This document shows positions 1 to 11,331 of a DNA stretch of 64,000 bases, in pieces (within the stretch, counting starts at the first letter, position 1; every line of letters starts with the position of its first letter). This DNA comes from Escherichia coli. Lineage in GTDB: Bacteria > Pseudomonadota > Gammaproteobacteria > Enterobacterales > Enterobacteriaceae. Made by a program: the position numbers and the translations under genes. The stretch is from the NCBI RefSeq assembly GCF_013122565.1, contig NZ_CP053258.1. One strand, 5' to 3'. Below the pieces are notes generated by a model. It saw only the letters and a list, made by a program, of their open reading frames with translations, did no database searches and was not told the origin of the DNA.

Positions 1-527
1 CTATAAAATTTAATATGGGCATCATTTAAAGGAAAAAAGCCATCGCGAAGCTCATAGCATCTTAAGCCCCAGAAGGTGTCATCTTTCATAGCCTCGCTGT
101 CACATTGGATAAATATTGTATCCATTGCATCGGATAACAGTTCATCATCTATTAACAACTGTTTTTCCATCAATTCTGATTGTTTGAAAGCCACGTGCAT
201 AAAAATATTATTGAATATAACAAAATCATTTATTCCAGAATTGCAATACATCATTGTAAAATTCTCGTTGTCGTCTATATCATACAAGTAATACACTTTC
301 TTGTTTTCTACACTGACAATAAAATAGCCATCTAAGTCATGACCAAACACAATGTAATCGCAGGAATTAAACCAATATAACTCATCATAATAAAACTTTA
401 CATCTTGATTTCCATAGGGAATAAGAAGAGATAATTTTATTTTAATTTCATTAATTAAATCGCATGAAGATGAGTTTATTTTTTTGAAAACCTTGGAAGT
501 TTGTAAATCAATTAACTTTATTAACAT
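1..527 (-). CDS. Hypothetical protein, N-terminus complete, C-terminus beyond window start; cytoplasmic, AT-rich
   Basis: Hand translation of minus strand: ATG at 525-527, frame open down to position 3 with no stop (MLIKLIDLQTSKVFKK...GLRCYELRDGFFPLNDAHIKFY, >=175 aa). Not in ORF track because it lacks a stop inside the window. Tandem with the next two ORFs. Confidence 0.4.
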   Translation of the reverse strand, partial: MLIKLIDLQTSKVFKKINSSSCDLINEIKIKLSLLIPYGNQDVKFYYDELYWFNSCDYIVFGHDLDGYFIVSVENKKVYYLYDIDDNENFTMMYCNSGINDFVIFNNIFMHVAFKQSELMEKQLLIDDELLSDAMDTIFIQCDSEAMKDDTFWGLRCYELRDGFFPLNDAHIKFY

Positions 528-586
528 AGAACACCCTGATATGTTAAATAACAAATTTCAACATCTTAAACTAGTTAACAATAACG

Positions 587-1057
587 CTATTTTATTTTCA
601 ATCCACAAGAGAATAAATAATTTAAATATTTATTATTTGCATCGACTAAAAACGGACAAATATCGCAACTAACTTCACTTAGTAAAAATTCCTTATCCAA
701 TATTATGAATTCATGACAAAGCAATATATCAATTAAACCTGCTATATCTTCATTTATATTTGCATGGTTTGTTATAACATCGTTTTTGAATATTATAAGT
801 GCATATTGCCCGACAAAAGACATATATAAAAAGGCAATACCTTCTTGCAAAACAACTTCTAATGAAAAACAAACATCACTGTTTAATTCAGTGTTATCTC
901 TTACATCAAACCGTGAACTCAACTCAGTAATTACGCCTTTATATTTTAATGAGTTATATTTCTCCATCACAAATTCATAATTGGGAAACGCCATATCGAG
1001 ATAAGCATTTTTAATAGCCTGATCAAAGACGATTTTATTTTTCATTATAATCCACAA
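587..1057 (-). CDS. Hypothetical protein (156 aa), no recognisable family, AT-rich
   Basis: ORF track; same strand and short spacers (about 60-75 nt) to neighbouring ORFs; no TM segments evident. Confidence 0.45.
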   Translation of the reverse strand: MWIIMKNKIVFDQAIKNAYLDMAFPNYEFVMEKYNSLKYKGVITELSSRFDVRDNTELNSDVCFSLEVVLQEGIAFLYMSFVGQYALIIFKNDVITNHANINEDIAGLIDILLCHEFIILDKEFLLSEVSCDICPFLVDANNKYLNYLFSCGLKIK

Positions 1058-1133
1058 TATTTATTTCCATAATTAACATTTGCAATACTGTTATTAAAAC
1101 ACATAATTATGGTCAATTTACTAGCATTCCACA

Positions 1134-1538
1134 TTAATGCACATCATGCCCGTTGTTATTTCTAAACATAAAAGATACTGCATGTTCCATTTTATCACTC
1201 AAGGGATAATTATCTTTTGTTGCATATGTAAAATCACTTACTTTGGTTATTAAATTTTTTATAGCATCATCAAGATGCTCAGGAACCAAGGACTCAATAT
1301 CTTCAAACTCACAACCAAGATCAATTATATCTATTAACTCTTTGTCACAACTATTTTTGTGCAAAAGCCTGGAAATAAAAGGTCTAAAAACAAGTAGTTC
1401 AGATTCATCTATAGTTATTGAACCTTCTTTTAGTGAATGTAAAATTCCTGAAAGAAGGATAGCCATAAATTTATCTATATATTTATTATCGATGGTACAA
1501 ACTAACTGCATGATATTCCTTATAACTTTCGCAACCAT
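1134..1538 (-). CDS. Hypothetical protein (134 aa), acidic, AT-rich
   Basis: ORF track; start may be the second Met (about 1511), which removes the overlap with the upstream ORF. Confidence 0.45.
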   Translation of the reverse strand: MVAKVIRNIMQLVCTIDNKYIDKFMAILLSGILHSLKEGSITIDESELLVFRPFISRLLHKNSCDKELIDIIDLGCEFEDIESLVPEHLDDAIKNLITKVSDFTYATKDNYPLSDKMEHAVSFMFRNNNGHDVH

Positions 1539-2218
1539 TGCTTGACGTTGAACAGTTCAAAAACCATCACAACAATTGACCAAAAGAAACAGACAAAATC
1601 AAAGTAAAGCATTAATGCCCCTACAATGGCACAATGCTTCAACGTCCAAGGTTCATCGCTATATAATTTGCGCACATAAAGCTTCAGTGCATTTATTTTT
1701 CTTAAGGCAATGCATGACCATAATAACACAAAGAGGAAACTCATTATCCAAAGATACAAACTATTTAACAAAACGAAATTAGAAACAAAAGAAATACTCC
1801 AGCCGACACCAATCAGTAATAAAACATACCACCGCGATGCCGTATTGATATTAAAACTCAAAGCCAACAGTATACTAAGGAGGAACATTGCCCCACCGAT
1901 GCCAAATAATAACCTGACAAACGCGATCGAAAAAAGGCTTGCTATGAGTATTGCGAATAGACTGATTATGGAAAAATAAATAATACATATTGCTAATGTG
2001 TTTATTTTCTCAATTTTCGTCCTTAATCCGTATCCAAAAATAAGAAGCAAGACAACGGCTAAAAAGAATGGTGCGGTATGTTGATGCGTTGCGGTAATGT
2101 TATAATAATCTGCTATCCATGCAAATCCTGCAGTTACCCATAAACCAACCGCTGTTATCAACCAGATACAGGCCATCATTCTGGTCATTAAAGGCTGTTT
2201 TTTCATTAAACCTGTCAT
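1520..2218 (-). CDS. BI-1/YccA-family multi-pass inner membrane protein paralog (about 233 aa from Met52 of the track ORF)
   Basis: ORF 1520..2371; the N-terminal 44 aa of the track ORF overlap the 3' end of the upstream gene in another frame, so the true start is taken as an internal ATG (2216-2218, GGAAA RBS; alternative ATG 2237-2239 two nt after the upstream stop). C-terminal motif CAIVGALMLYFDF matches the ybhL C-terminus. Confidence 0.55.
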   Translation of the reverse strand: MTGLMKKQPLMTRMMACIWLITAVGLWVTAGFAWIADYYNITATHQHTAPFFLAVVLLLIFGYGLRTKIEKINTLAICIIYFSIISLFAILIASLFSIAFVRLLFGIGGAMFLLSILLALSFNINTASRWYVLLLIGVGWSISFVSNFVLLNSLYLWIMSFLFVLLWSCIALRKINALKLYVRKLYSDEPWTLKHCAIVGALMLYFDFVCFFWSIVVMVFELFNVKQWLRKL

Positions 2219-2241
2219 TGTGATTTTTCCATAAATCATGA

Positions 2242-2955
2242 CTACCACTGAAACCGTGAATGCCTTTGCCAGACAAGCGTTATCGCTATTGCTGCAAGAA
2301 TCCCAAAGAAGCCGATAAAATAGTAATAGAGTGTTAATGCACCTGTAACAGCGCAACGAACCGGACTCCACAACTCTTCGCTATGGCATTTTCCTGCCAG
2401 TTCAAGGAGCTTATTTCGTCCATGCGAGATAATGCCTGACCATAACACAATCATTAAGCAACTTATTACCCAAACGAGTCGTTCACTCATTAATGCGGCA
2501 TTCACGATGATCACCAGGGCCAACCCTGTCAACGTCATCATAATGATAAAACGATGAGAACCAGGATCAACATTAAATAATAAACCGGCCAGCATACTAA
2601 TTAAAAACATCGCGCCCGCAATGCTGAACACAAGGATAATGGCAGGTACAGGAACTAAACTAGCAACGACAATCGCCACCAAAGAGAGTAAAAACAGATA
2701 TATTACGCCTGCGATGGTGGCATTTATCTTGTTGATATACTTACTTAAGCCATACATACAAAGTAATAATAACCCTATGGCGACATACATAGGTGGTGAA
2801 TCATATTTGGTTGCCGTAATTTCGAGATACTTAGCTCCCCAGGCCAGTCCTGCGGTTGCCACCAAACCTAAAGCGGTAATGAGCCATACACCGTTTAATA
2901 TTCTGGCTTCGTGCTGAAATTCATTAGCTATGTTATTTGCTGAGCGCGATTTCAT
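2242..2955 (-). CDS. BI-1/YccA-family inner membrane protein, 237 aa (candidate ybhM ortholog)
   Basis: ORF track; hydrophobic multi-TM protein; C-terminal CAVTGALTLYYYF motif shared with ybhL; length equals my recollection of K-12 YbhM but the assignment is unverified. Confidence 0.6.
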   Translation of the reverse strand: MKSRSANNIANEFQHEARILNGVWLITALGLVATAGLAWGAKYLEITATKYDSPPMYVAIGLLLLCMYGLSKYINKINATIAGVIYLFLLSLVAIVVASLVPVPAIILVFSIAGAMFLISMLAGLLFNVDPGSHRFIIMMTLTGLALVIIVNAALMSERLVWVISCLMIVLWSGIISHGRNKLLELAGKCHSEELWSPVRCAVTGALTLYYYFIGFFGILAAIAITLVWQRHSRFQW

Positions 2956-3024
2956 TATTTTTATATCCTTAAATTAAATATCAATATCTATTCCAATTAA
3001 CGTAATAAAACTCGTCAATTCGCA

Positions 3025-3729
3025 CTACCACACTAAACCATTAATAAAGTCAAGAACTGTTACAGTAATTCTAAAGAGGACGCTTAAAATACTAAAATAG
3101 AGTGTTATTGCCCCAAGAACTATACAGCGAAGAGAACCTGAAATTTCAGAGGTGTCGGCAACACGGATCAAATCTTCCAGTGTTGTTGCTTCACAGGCAG
3201 CCGTAATGCCCCAGATAAAGACAGTCAAAATACTCGCTAACCACACGGAAAAACTGCTGGTAAGGATCAGGTTAACAACAAAAGCAATACTCAAACCACA
3301 GAAAATATATAAATATAACTGTCTGACTGGTGGGATAACCCTATTACTACAACAGCAAATCAGCGCCATTGCGGCAAACATCCCTCCCGTAATTCCCATT
3401 ACCGTCGCTATGCTCGAAAAGGTAAAAAGGCTGGCGAAGAGAAAGCCAATAAGCAGGATTATTAGCAGATAGACCAGACATGCGCCTGATGCATTGAGTC
3501 TTTTCAGGGCGTAGTTTAACCAAAGACCACCTATTATCAGTGCAGCCAAAGCGAAGACAAACGCGCCTGGAGACTTTCGTGACGTAACCCAATGCAAGTG
3601 CTGAAATATCCAGGCACAGCCTGCCGTAGCCCATACTCCAGCAGCTGTTAACCACCAAATGAGAAGCAGCATTTTGCTGAGCGAAGCACTTTTTTGCTGT
3701 AATTGAGTAGCAGTGGATTGTCTGTTCAA
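3025..3729 (-). CDS. BI-1/YccA-family inner membrane protein paralog, 234 aa
   Basis: ORF track; multi-TM; C-terminal CIVLGAITLYFSIL motif; sits between ybhL and the 237-aa paralog. Confidence 0.6.
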   Translation of the reverse strand: MNRQSTATQLQQKSASLSKMLLLIWWLTAAGVWATAGCAWIFQHLHWVTSRKSPGAFVFALAALIIGGLWLNYALKRLNASGACLVYLLIILLIGFLFASLFTFSSIATVMGITGGMFAAMALICCCSNRVIPPVRQLYLYIFCGLSIAFVVNLILTSSFSVWLASILTVFIWGITAACEATTLEDLIRVADTSEISGSLRCIVLGAITLYFSILSVLFRITVTVLDFINGLVW

Positions 3730-3828
3730 ATGCGTTATCTGTCCCTGAAATTACGTAGTGGACATAGTCTGGCATTTGCAGCGACTGAGTTCTCATGAAA
3801 ATGAGCGAAACAGCCTTTATATAATCCG

Positions 3829-3852
3829 AAAAAATCCCGGCACCAGGCCGGG
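3829..3852 (-). terminator. Rho-independent terminator downstream of ybhL
   Basis: GC stem cccggc/gccggg (3836-3841 / 3847-3852) with 5-nt loop; A-run 3829-3834 on plus strand gives the T-run after the hairpin on the minus strand. Confidence 0.65.
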
Positions 3853-3872
3853 ATCAGCAGGAAGAAGAGAAT

Positions 3873-4577
3873 TTAACGGCGGTTGCCGAAGATCCGCAGC
3901 AACATCAGGAACAGGTTGATGAAGTCCAGATACAAGGTTAACGCGCCAAGAATGGAATATTTGCGCAGGTTCGACGTGTCGCGGGTATCAATCTGCTCAC
4001 CCATATTTTTCAATTTCTGAGTGTCATACGCCGTCAATCCGACAAAGACAATCACGCCGATGTAGGTAACTGCCCACATCAATGCTTCGCTTTTCAGCCA
4101 GAAGTTGACCAGCGATGCCAGCACAATGCCGATTAACGCCATAAACAGCATATTGCCAAAGCCGCTTAGATCGCGCTTCGTGGTGTAACCATACAGGCTC
4201 ATTGCGCCGAACATCCCGGCAGTAACGACGAAAGTACTGGCGATAGAAGCAGCGGTATAGACAATGAAAATACTGGAAAGCGTAAGACCCGTCAGCGCCG
4301 AATAAAGCATAAAGAGCATCGTCGTTACACCTGCGCTCAGCTTTTGAATCATCGCTGATAACACAATAACCAATGCTAATTGCGCGATGATCAGACCGAT
4401 TAAAAAGACACGGTTAGTGAACAACAGCTCCATCACGGCCGCGGAATTAGCCGCATACCAGGCAACAAATGCGGTCAGCAACAAGCCAACGGTCATCCAG
4501 CCATAGACTTGCGCCATATAAGTTTGCAAGCCAGCCCGGGGTTGTACAATTGAATCAGAACGTGGGAATCTGTCCAT
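3873..4577 (-). CDS. ybhL: Inner membrane protein YbhL (BI-1 family), 234 aa from MDRFPRS
   Basis: ORF 3873..4658 with internal start; recognised sequence and position next to moaE. Confidence 0.85.
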   Translation of the reverse strand: MDRFPRSDSIVQPRAGLQTYMAQVYGWMTVGLLLTAFVAWYAANSAAVMELLFTNRVFLIGLIIAQLALVIVLSAMIQKLSAGVTTMLFMLYSALTGLTLSSIFIVYTAASIASTFVVTAGMFGAMSLYGYTTKRDLSGFGNMLFMALIGIVLASLVNFWLKSEALMWAVTYIGVIVFVGLTAYDTQKLKNMGEQIDTRDTSNLRKYSILGALTLYLDFINLFLMLLRIFGNRR

Positions 4578-4676
4578 GACGATCTCCTGAAGATATAAGG
4601 AATATCTTAAGGATACTGCAAAATGATGAGGCTGTGCATCGACGCAGCGTAAACGCATGTACTGAGCGGTGAAATT

Positions 4677-4703
4677 GCCGGATGCAGCGGTGCCTTATCC
4701 GGC
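4677..4703. repeat. REP-like palindromic element (gccggatg...ccttatccggc)
   Basis: Typical E. coli REP consensus in the ybhL-moaE spacer. Confidence 0.5.
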
Positions 4704-4713
4704 TAACAAAAAA

Positions 4714-5166
4714 CTACCAGCGTTTTGCTGCCTGCTGATCGCTCTCCCGAGCTTCGACCCAGCGGTCGCCTTCAGGCGTGGCTTCGCGCTTCCAAAACGG
4801 TGCGCGGGTTTTGAGATAATCCATAATAAACTGCCCGGCTTCAAACGCACTGCTGCGATGCGCACTGGTGACACCGACAAAAACGATTTCATCGCCCGGC
4901 CATAATTCCCCGATGCGGTGAATCACCGTGACGCGCCCCAGCGGCCAGCGGTTACGCGCTTCATAGACAATTTCTGCCAGTGCTTTTTCAGTCATCCCCG
5001 GATAGTGTTCGAGGGTTAATGCTTTGACGCTGTCGCCCAGGTTATGGTTGCGCACCTTACCGGTAAAGGTGACTACCGCACCGTCTTCGTCACACTCAGC
5101 CAGCCACGGGTACTCTTCACCTACACTGAACGGCTGCGGGCCGACAACAATTTTGGTTTCTGCCAT
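4714..5166 (-). CDS. moaE: Molybdopterin synthase catalytic subunit MoaE
   Basis: 150-aa ORF, recognised sequence, operon position. Confidence 0.93.
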   Translation of the reverse strand: MAETKIVVGPQPFSVGEEYPWLAECDEDGAVVTFTGKVRNHNLGDSVKALTLEHYPGMTEKALAEIVYEARNRWPLGRVTVIHRIGELWPGDEIVFVGVTSAHRSSAFEAGQFIMDYLKTRAPFWKREATPEGDRWVEARESDQQAAKRW

Positions 5167-5167
5167 C

Positions 5168-5413
5168 TTAACCTCCGGTTACCGGCGGGAAGAAAGCTAC
5201 TTCGTCGCCGTCAGTCAGCGAATGGTCAAAACTCACCAGCGTCTGGTTGACGGCAGCCAGCAATTTGCCATCTTCCAGCGCCAGCGCCCAGCGTTCGCTC
5301 TGCGCAGCCAGATGCTGGCGTAACGCTTCAACGGTTGGGAAATCCGCAGCCACTTCGGTTGCATCTGTTCCCACCAACTCGCGCACCTGGGCGAAAAAAA
5401 GAACTTTAATCAT
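5168..5413 (-). CDS. moaD: Molybdopterin synthase sulfur-carrier subunit MoaD (81 aa, C-terminal GG)
   Basis: ORF 5168..5476 with internal start [13 protein letters not shown]; ends ...PPVTGG. Confidence 0.92.
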
Positions 5414-5891
5414 CCGCTTCCACCTTAAAGTCACCCGACTTTCCGCCGCTCTTCGCCAGCAAACGTACCGGACCAATCACCATATCTTTTTGCACCGCTT
5501 TACACATGTCATAAATGGTCAGCGCCGCCACGGAGGCCGCAGTTAACGCTTCCATTTCGACACCGGTTTTCCCGGTCAGGCGGCATAAGGTTTCTATACG
5601 TACCCGATTGTGCTCCGGCTCAGCCTGTAAATTGACTTCAACTTTGCTGAGCATCAGCGGGTGACACAGCGGGATCAGATCCCACGTGCGTTTTGCCGCC
5701 TGAATACCGGCAATACGCGCAGTGGCAAATACGTCGCCTTTGTGGTGGCGACCATCAATAATCATCGCCAGCGTCTCGCTGCGCATGGTGACAAAGGCTT
5801 CGGCGCGCGCTTCACGCACGGTTTCTGCTTTGGCGGAGACATCCACCATGTGCGCTTCGCCAGCGGCGTTGATATGGGTCAGTTGCGACAT
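5406..5891 (-). CDS. moaC: Cyclic pyranopterin monophosphate synthase MoaC
   Basis: 161-aa ORF, recognised. Confidence 0.93.
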
Positions 5892-5893
5892 AC

Positions 5894-6406
5894 TTATTTC
5901 TTCAAATGTGGATGGAAATTACACGGACGCGTACGGGCATCCAGCTGCGGCGCGATGATATTTTCCCATGCGGTACGGCACGCTTTGGTCGAACCCGGCA
6001 TGGCAAAAATCAGCGTTTTGTTAGCGACGCCCGCTACCGCACGAGATTGTAACGTGGAAGTGCCAATCTCTTCGAACGACAACATCCGGAACACTTCACC
6101 AAAACCTTCCACTTCACGGTCGAACAACGGCAGCAGCGCTTCAGGAGCCTGATCACCTTCCGTCAGGCCAGTACCACCCGTAATCAATACCACTTGTACA
6201 TCGTCGCTGGCGATCCACGCAGATACCTGAGCGCGAATAGCGTAGCGGTTTTCTTTCACAATGGCTTTATCGACAACGTGATGGCCCGCTTCTTGCGCCG
6301 AATCGCGCAAATAGTGACCGGAGGTATCGTCTTCTTCACCGCGCCGATTAGAAACCGTAAGAATAGCAATACGGGTCGGGATAAATTCAGTGCTTACCTG
6401 ACTCAT
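5894..6406 (-). CDS. moaB: Molybdenum cofactor biosynthesis protein MoaB
   Basis: 170-aa ORF, recognised. Confidence 0.93.
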
Positions 6407-6427
6407 CTGATCTCTCCTTTTGACGTT

Positions 6428-7417
6428 TTAGCCGCCAATGTACGATAAGTTTTGTGTAATACCGGTGTTGTTTTGATGCAGGAAATGGGTCTGTTTCTTC
6501 TCCCGCAGCGCCGCTGAAATACGCGCTTCCAGCGCCTGTTGCTGGGTATCGTCTTCCAGCAGATCGCGCAGGTTAACGCCGCCCTCACCAAACAGGCAGA
6601 GATGGAGTTTACCAATGGAGGAAACGCGCAGGCGGTTGCAAGTGGCGCAGAAGTCTTTTTCATACGGCATGATAAGGCCAATCTCTCCAGCGTAATCCGG
6701 ATGACAAAAGACTTGCGCGGGACCGTCGCTGCGTTGACGTAATTGGTGGATCCAGCCGCGACGCAGTAGCTCGTCACGCAGAACCTGACCAGAGATGTGA
6801 TGCTTACGGAAGAGCTCGCTGCCCTCGCCCGTTTCCATCAGTTCGATGAAACGCAGCTGGATGGGACGATGCTGGATCCAGTCCAGAAAGGTGTCGAGCT
6901 GGTGATGGTTGACATCGCGCATCAGCACGGTATTGACTTTGACCTTCTCAAAACCGGCCTCAAATGCAGCATCGATCCCTGCCATGACCTGGTTGAATTT
7001 ATCCTGCCCGGTAATGGCATGAAACTGGCGAGCGTCGAGACTATCAACACTGACGTTAATGCCAGTAAGTCCCGCATCGCGCCAGTTCGCCACGTCGCGT
7101 TCCAGACGGTAACCATTGGTGGTGACCGCAATCTGACAGATAGCGTTGTTTTCCCGCACAGCGGCGATGATATCGGTAAAGTCGCGGCGTAAAGACGGCT
7201 CACCGCCTGTCAGGCGCACTTTTTCGGTGCCCAGACTGGCGAAGGCGCGCGTAACCCGGCGAATTTCATCGACGGTAAGGAAGCCTTTATTGGTGACGCC
7301 GCTCGGTTTGTAGCCTTCCGGCAGGCAGTAGGTGCAACGAAAGTTACACACATCGGTAATCGACAGGCGCAAGTAGTAAAACTTACGCGCAAATGCATCA
7401 GTCAGTTGTGAAGCCAT
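6428..7417 (-). CDS. moaA: GTP 3',8-cyclase MoaA (radical SAM), 329 aa
   Basis: ORF 6428..7498 with start at MASQLTDAF; CxxxCxxC motif (CNFRCTYC). Confidence 0.93.
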   Translation of the reverse strand: MASQLTDAFARKFYYLRLSITDVCNFRCTYCLPEGYKPSGVTNKGFLTVDEIRRVTRAFASLGTEKVRLTGGEPSLRRDFTDIIAAVRENNAICQIAVTTNGYRLERDVANWRDAGLTGINVSVDSLDARQFHAITGQDKFNQVMAGIDAAFEAGFEKVKVNTVLMRDVNHHQLDTFLDWIQHRPIQLRFIELMETGEGSELFRKHHISGQVLRDELLRRGWIHQLRQRSDGPAQVFCHPDYAGEIGLIMPYEKDFCATCNRLRVSSIGKLHLCLFGEGGVNLRDLLEDDTQQQALEARISAALREKKQTHFLHQNNTGITQNLSYIGG

Positions 7418-7419
7418 GT

Positions 7420-7570
7420 ACACCTTTCCAGATACGGGAGGCGAAGTCATTTCTTCCTTCGCCCTGGTGGCAATCTTTACGAGCATTGTCACGGCCAAAG
7501 CACCGTATCAGTTGACCCAGGTGCAGAGGCTAGAGTGTTTAGTAGTTAAGCCGATACTAGCGTGTAAACG
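7420..7570 (-). ncRNA. moaA 5' leader; expected position of the molybdenum cofactor (Moco) riboswitch
   Basis: Established knowledge that the E. coli moaABCDE leader carries the Moco RNA motif; leader present here but structure not folded by me; boundaries approximate. Confidence 0.5.
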
Positions 7571-7753
7571 AGATTTTTACCATCCACACTTTCGCTATGT
7601 AATCATGTATATAGCGTCATGATCGTGCTATTTCGCTACAGAATAAGGGAAAATGGCGGTTTTACTTTGATATACATCATCAGGGAGGCATAGCGTACAT
7701 CGTCCTTTAGAGGTAGAAGAAAATAGTTTGTATCCTCAATATTGGCAGGTTAA

Positions 7754-8722
<969 letters not shown>

Positions 8723-8778
8723 TGGGAAGCCGAAAGAAAATTCCTGCTTCCCATTGAAGACAAAGTACACGTTGTTCA

Positions 8779-8877
8779 TGCCGGATGCGGCGTGAACGCC
8801 TTATCCGGCCTACAAACCGCGCAAATTCAATATATTGCGGAGAAAATGTAGGCCTGATAAGCGTAGCGCATCCGGCT
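8779..8877. repeat. REP/BIME-like palindromic repeats between convergent ybhK and uvrB
   Basis: ccggatgcggcgtgaacgccttatccggcctac ... gcctgataagcgtagcgcatccggc. Confidence 0.6.
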
Positions 8878-8913
8878 GTTTTCCGTTTGTCATCAGTCTT
8901 CTTCGCTATCCTG

Positions 8914-10935
8914 TTACGATGCGGCAATAAACAACTCACGCAACTGATGCAACTGGTCACGAATTTGCGCCGCTTCTTCGAACTCCAGATTCTGCGCGTG
9001 TTGCATCATCAACCCTTCCAGTTCATGGATCTTCTGCTGCAACGCTTTAGGCGACATATCCATCGGCACATTATCCGGCTCAACAATCGGTCGCGATTTT
9101 ACTCTGCCCTTCGCTTTGGTTTTGGCGATGTTCTGCCCCAGCGCCAGGATATCGACCACTTTCTTGTTCAAGCCTTGCGGCGTAATGCCGTGTTCCTCGT
9201 TGTACTTCTGCTGTTTCTCGCGGCGACGTTCGGTTTCGCCAATCGCTTTCGCCATTGATGGGGTGATCTTATCGCCGTAGAGAATCGCTTTACCGTTAAC
9301 GTTACGTGCCGCACGACCAATGGTCTGGATCAACGAACGTTCGGAACGCAGGAAGCCTTCTTTGTCAGCGTCGAGGATCGCCACCAGCGACACTTCCGGC
9401 ATATCCAGACCTTCGCGCAGTAAGTTGATCCCTACCAGCACGTCGAACTCACCCAGACGCAAGTCGCGGATGATTTCCATACGCTCGACGGTGTCGATAT
9501 CCGAGTGAAGATAACGCACGCGCTCGCCATGTTCTTCAAGATATTCCGTGAGATCTTCCGCCATTCGCTTGGTCAGTGTGGTGACCAGCACGCGTTCGTT
9601 AATTGCCGCTCGCTGACGAATCTCCGAAAGAAGATCATCAACCTGTGTCGCCACCGGCCGCACTTCAATTATCGGGTCAAGCAATCCGGTTGGACGCACC
9701 ACCTGATCCACCACATCGCCGCCGGATTTTTCCAGCTCATAATTACCCGGCGTCGCCGAAACATAGATGGTTTGCGGCGCTAATGCTTCGAACTCTTCAA
9801 ATTTCAGCGGACGGTTATCCAGCGCCGATGGCAGGCGGAAGCCGTACTCCACCAGCGTCTCTTTACGCGCCCGGTCACCGCGATACATGCCGCCAATTTG
9901 CGGAATGGTGACGTGAGATTCATCGACGACCAGCAGCCCATCGGCAGGCAGGTAATCAAACAGCGTCGGCGGTGGCTCACCCGGTCCACGACCGGAGAGG
10001 AAGCGCGAGTAGTTTTCAATCCCCGAACAGTAGCCCAGCTCGTTCATCATCTCCAGATCAAACTGGGTACGCTGGGTCAGCCGCTGCTCTTCCAGCAGTT
10101 TGTTGTTTTCCAACAGCACCTTGCGTCTGGCGGCCAGTTCTTCTTTGATCTCCTCCATCGCCTGTACGATGCGCTCACGTGGCGTGACGTAGTGCGTTTT
10201 CGGGTAGATGGTAAAACGTGGAATCGTGGAAATAATCTGCCCGGTTAGCGGGTCAAATAACGACAATCGTTCCACTTCCTCGTCAAACAGTTCCACGCGA
10301 AGTGCAATGTCATCCGATTCTGCCGGGAAGATATCTATCACCTCGCCACGAACGCGGAAAGTACCACGCTGGAATGCCTGATCATTACGAGCGTATTGCA
10401 ACTCCGCCAGTCGGCGCAGGATCGCACGTTGATCGATAATCATGCCGACCGTGAGGTGGAGCATCATCTTGAGATATAAATCAGGGTCGCCCAGACCATA
10501 AATCGCGGAAACAGAGGCCACTACAACCACATCACGCCGCTCCAGCATCGCTTTGGTGGCGGATAAACGCATCTGCTCAATATGTTCGTTAACCGAGGCA
10601 TCTTTCTCAATGAAGGTGTCGGAACTCGGTACATAGGCTTCCGGCTGATAGTAGTCGTAGTAGGAAACGAAATACTCCACCGCGTTTTCCGGGAAGAACT
10701 CTTTCATTTCGCCATAGAGCTGGGCCGCCAGCGTTTTGTTGGGCGCCAGCACCATCGTTGGACGCTGTAGGTCAGCAATGACATTGGCGATGGTGAAGGT
10801 TTTCCCGGAGCCCGTCACGCCAAGTAACGTCTGGTGCGCCAGGCCATCTTCCAGCCCCTCTTCGAGACGTCGAATCGCCTCTGGCTGATCGCCAGAAGGT
10901 TTAAAAGCGGAATTCAGTTTGAACGGTTTACTCAT
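8914..10935 (-). CDS. uvrB: Excinuclease ABC subunit B UvrB
   Basis: 673-aa ORF; [21 protein letters not shown]..., helicase motifs (GVTGSGKT). Confidence 0.96.
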   Translation of the reverse strand: MSKPFKLNSAFKPSGDQPEAIRRLEEGLEDGLAHQTLLGVTGSGKTFTIANVIADLQRPTMVLAPNKTLAAQLYGEMKEFFPENAVEYFVSYYDYYQPEAYVPSSDTFIEKDASVNEHIEQMRLSATKAMLERRDVVVVASVSAIYGLGDPDLYLKMMLHLTVGMIIDQRAILRRLAELQYARNDQAFQRGTFRVRGEVIDIFPAESDDIALRVELFDEEVERLSLFDPLTGQIISTIPRFTIYPKTHYVTPRERIVQAMEEIKEELAARRKVLLENNKLLEEQRLTQRTQFDLEMMNELGYCSGIENYSRFLSGRGPGEPPPTLFDYLPADGLLVVDESHVTIPQIGGMYRGDRARKETLVEYGFRLPSALDNRPLKFEEFEALAPQTIYVSATPGNYELEKSGGDVVDQVVRPTGLLDPIIEVRPVATQVDDLLSEIRQRAAINERVLVTTLTKRMAEDLTEYLEEHGERVRYLHSDIDTVERMEIIRDLRLGEFDVLVGINLLREGLDMPEVSLVAILDADKEGFLRSERSLIQTIGRAARNVNGKAILYGDKITPSMAKAIGETERRREKQQKYNEEHGITPQGLNKKVVDILALGQNIAKTKAKGRVKSRPIVEPDNVPMDMSPKALQQKIHELEGLMMQHAQNLEFEEAAQIRDQLHQLRELFIAAS

Positions 10936-11011
10936 GAGTCGCTACCTGAAGGAGTTGGGCGGGCAGGTATGTAATTTTACTCGTCGTACTTAATTATGCC
11001 AACAAATTATA

Positions 11012-11027
11012 CTGGATAAAAAAACAG
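11012..11027. promoter_or_regulatory. LexA (SOS) box in uvrB promoter
   Basis: ctggataaaaaaacag = CTG-N10-CAG SOS-box pattern upstream of uvrB. Confidence 0.8.
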
Positions 11028-11331
11028 TTCATCACCATAATATTTCTGATACAGCGTAAACTCCGCTGTCAATCATGAGCAAAATTTACTCTGTGGCGAG
11101 ATAAAACTCCGGCCTTACCGGGTTATCCCCAAAGCAACGGCTTTTTTAACATTTGTCAAGATGAGTGATGACAGTTTTATGGCAAGAGATGCCTCGTTAG
11201 TGACTGCCATTGCAATTATCTAACCATTTAAAAAATAAAAGATATTTCTTTGAGCCGTCTTTAACGCCAATTCGCGTGCAAGCCGCGTATTCTCTCGCTT
11301 GCCTCGTGTTTTCTAACTCTAATACACATGG

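Noticed and set aside
76-291. 71-aa plus-strand ORF at the window start
   Set aside because: Overlaps, on the opposite strand, the longer open frame that runs from 527 past position 1; Ser/Ile-rich low-complexity translation.
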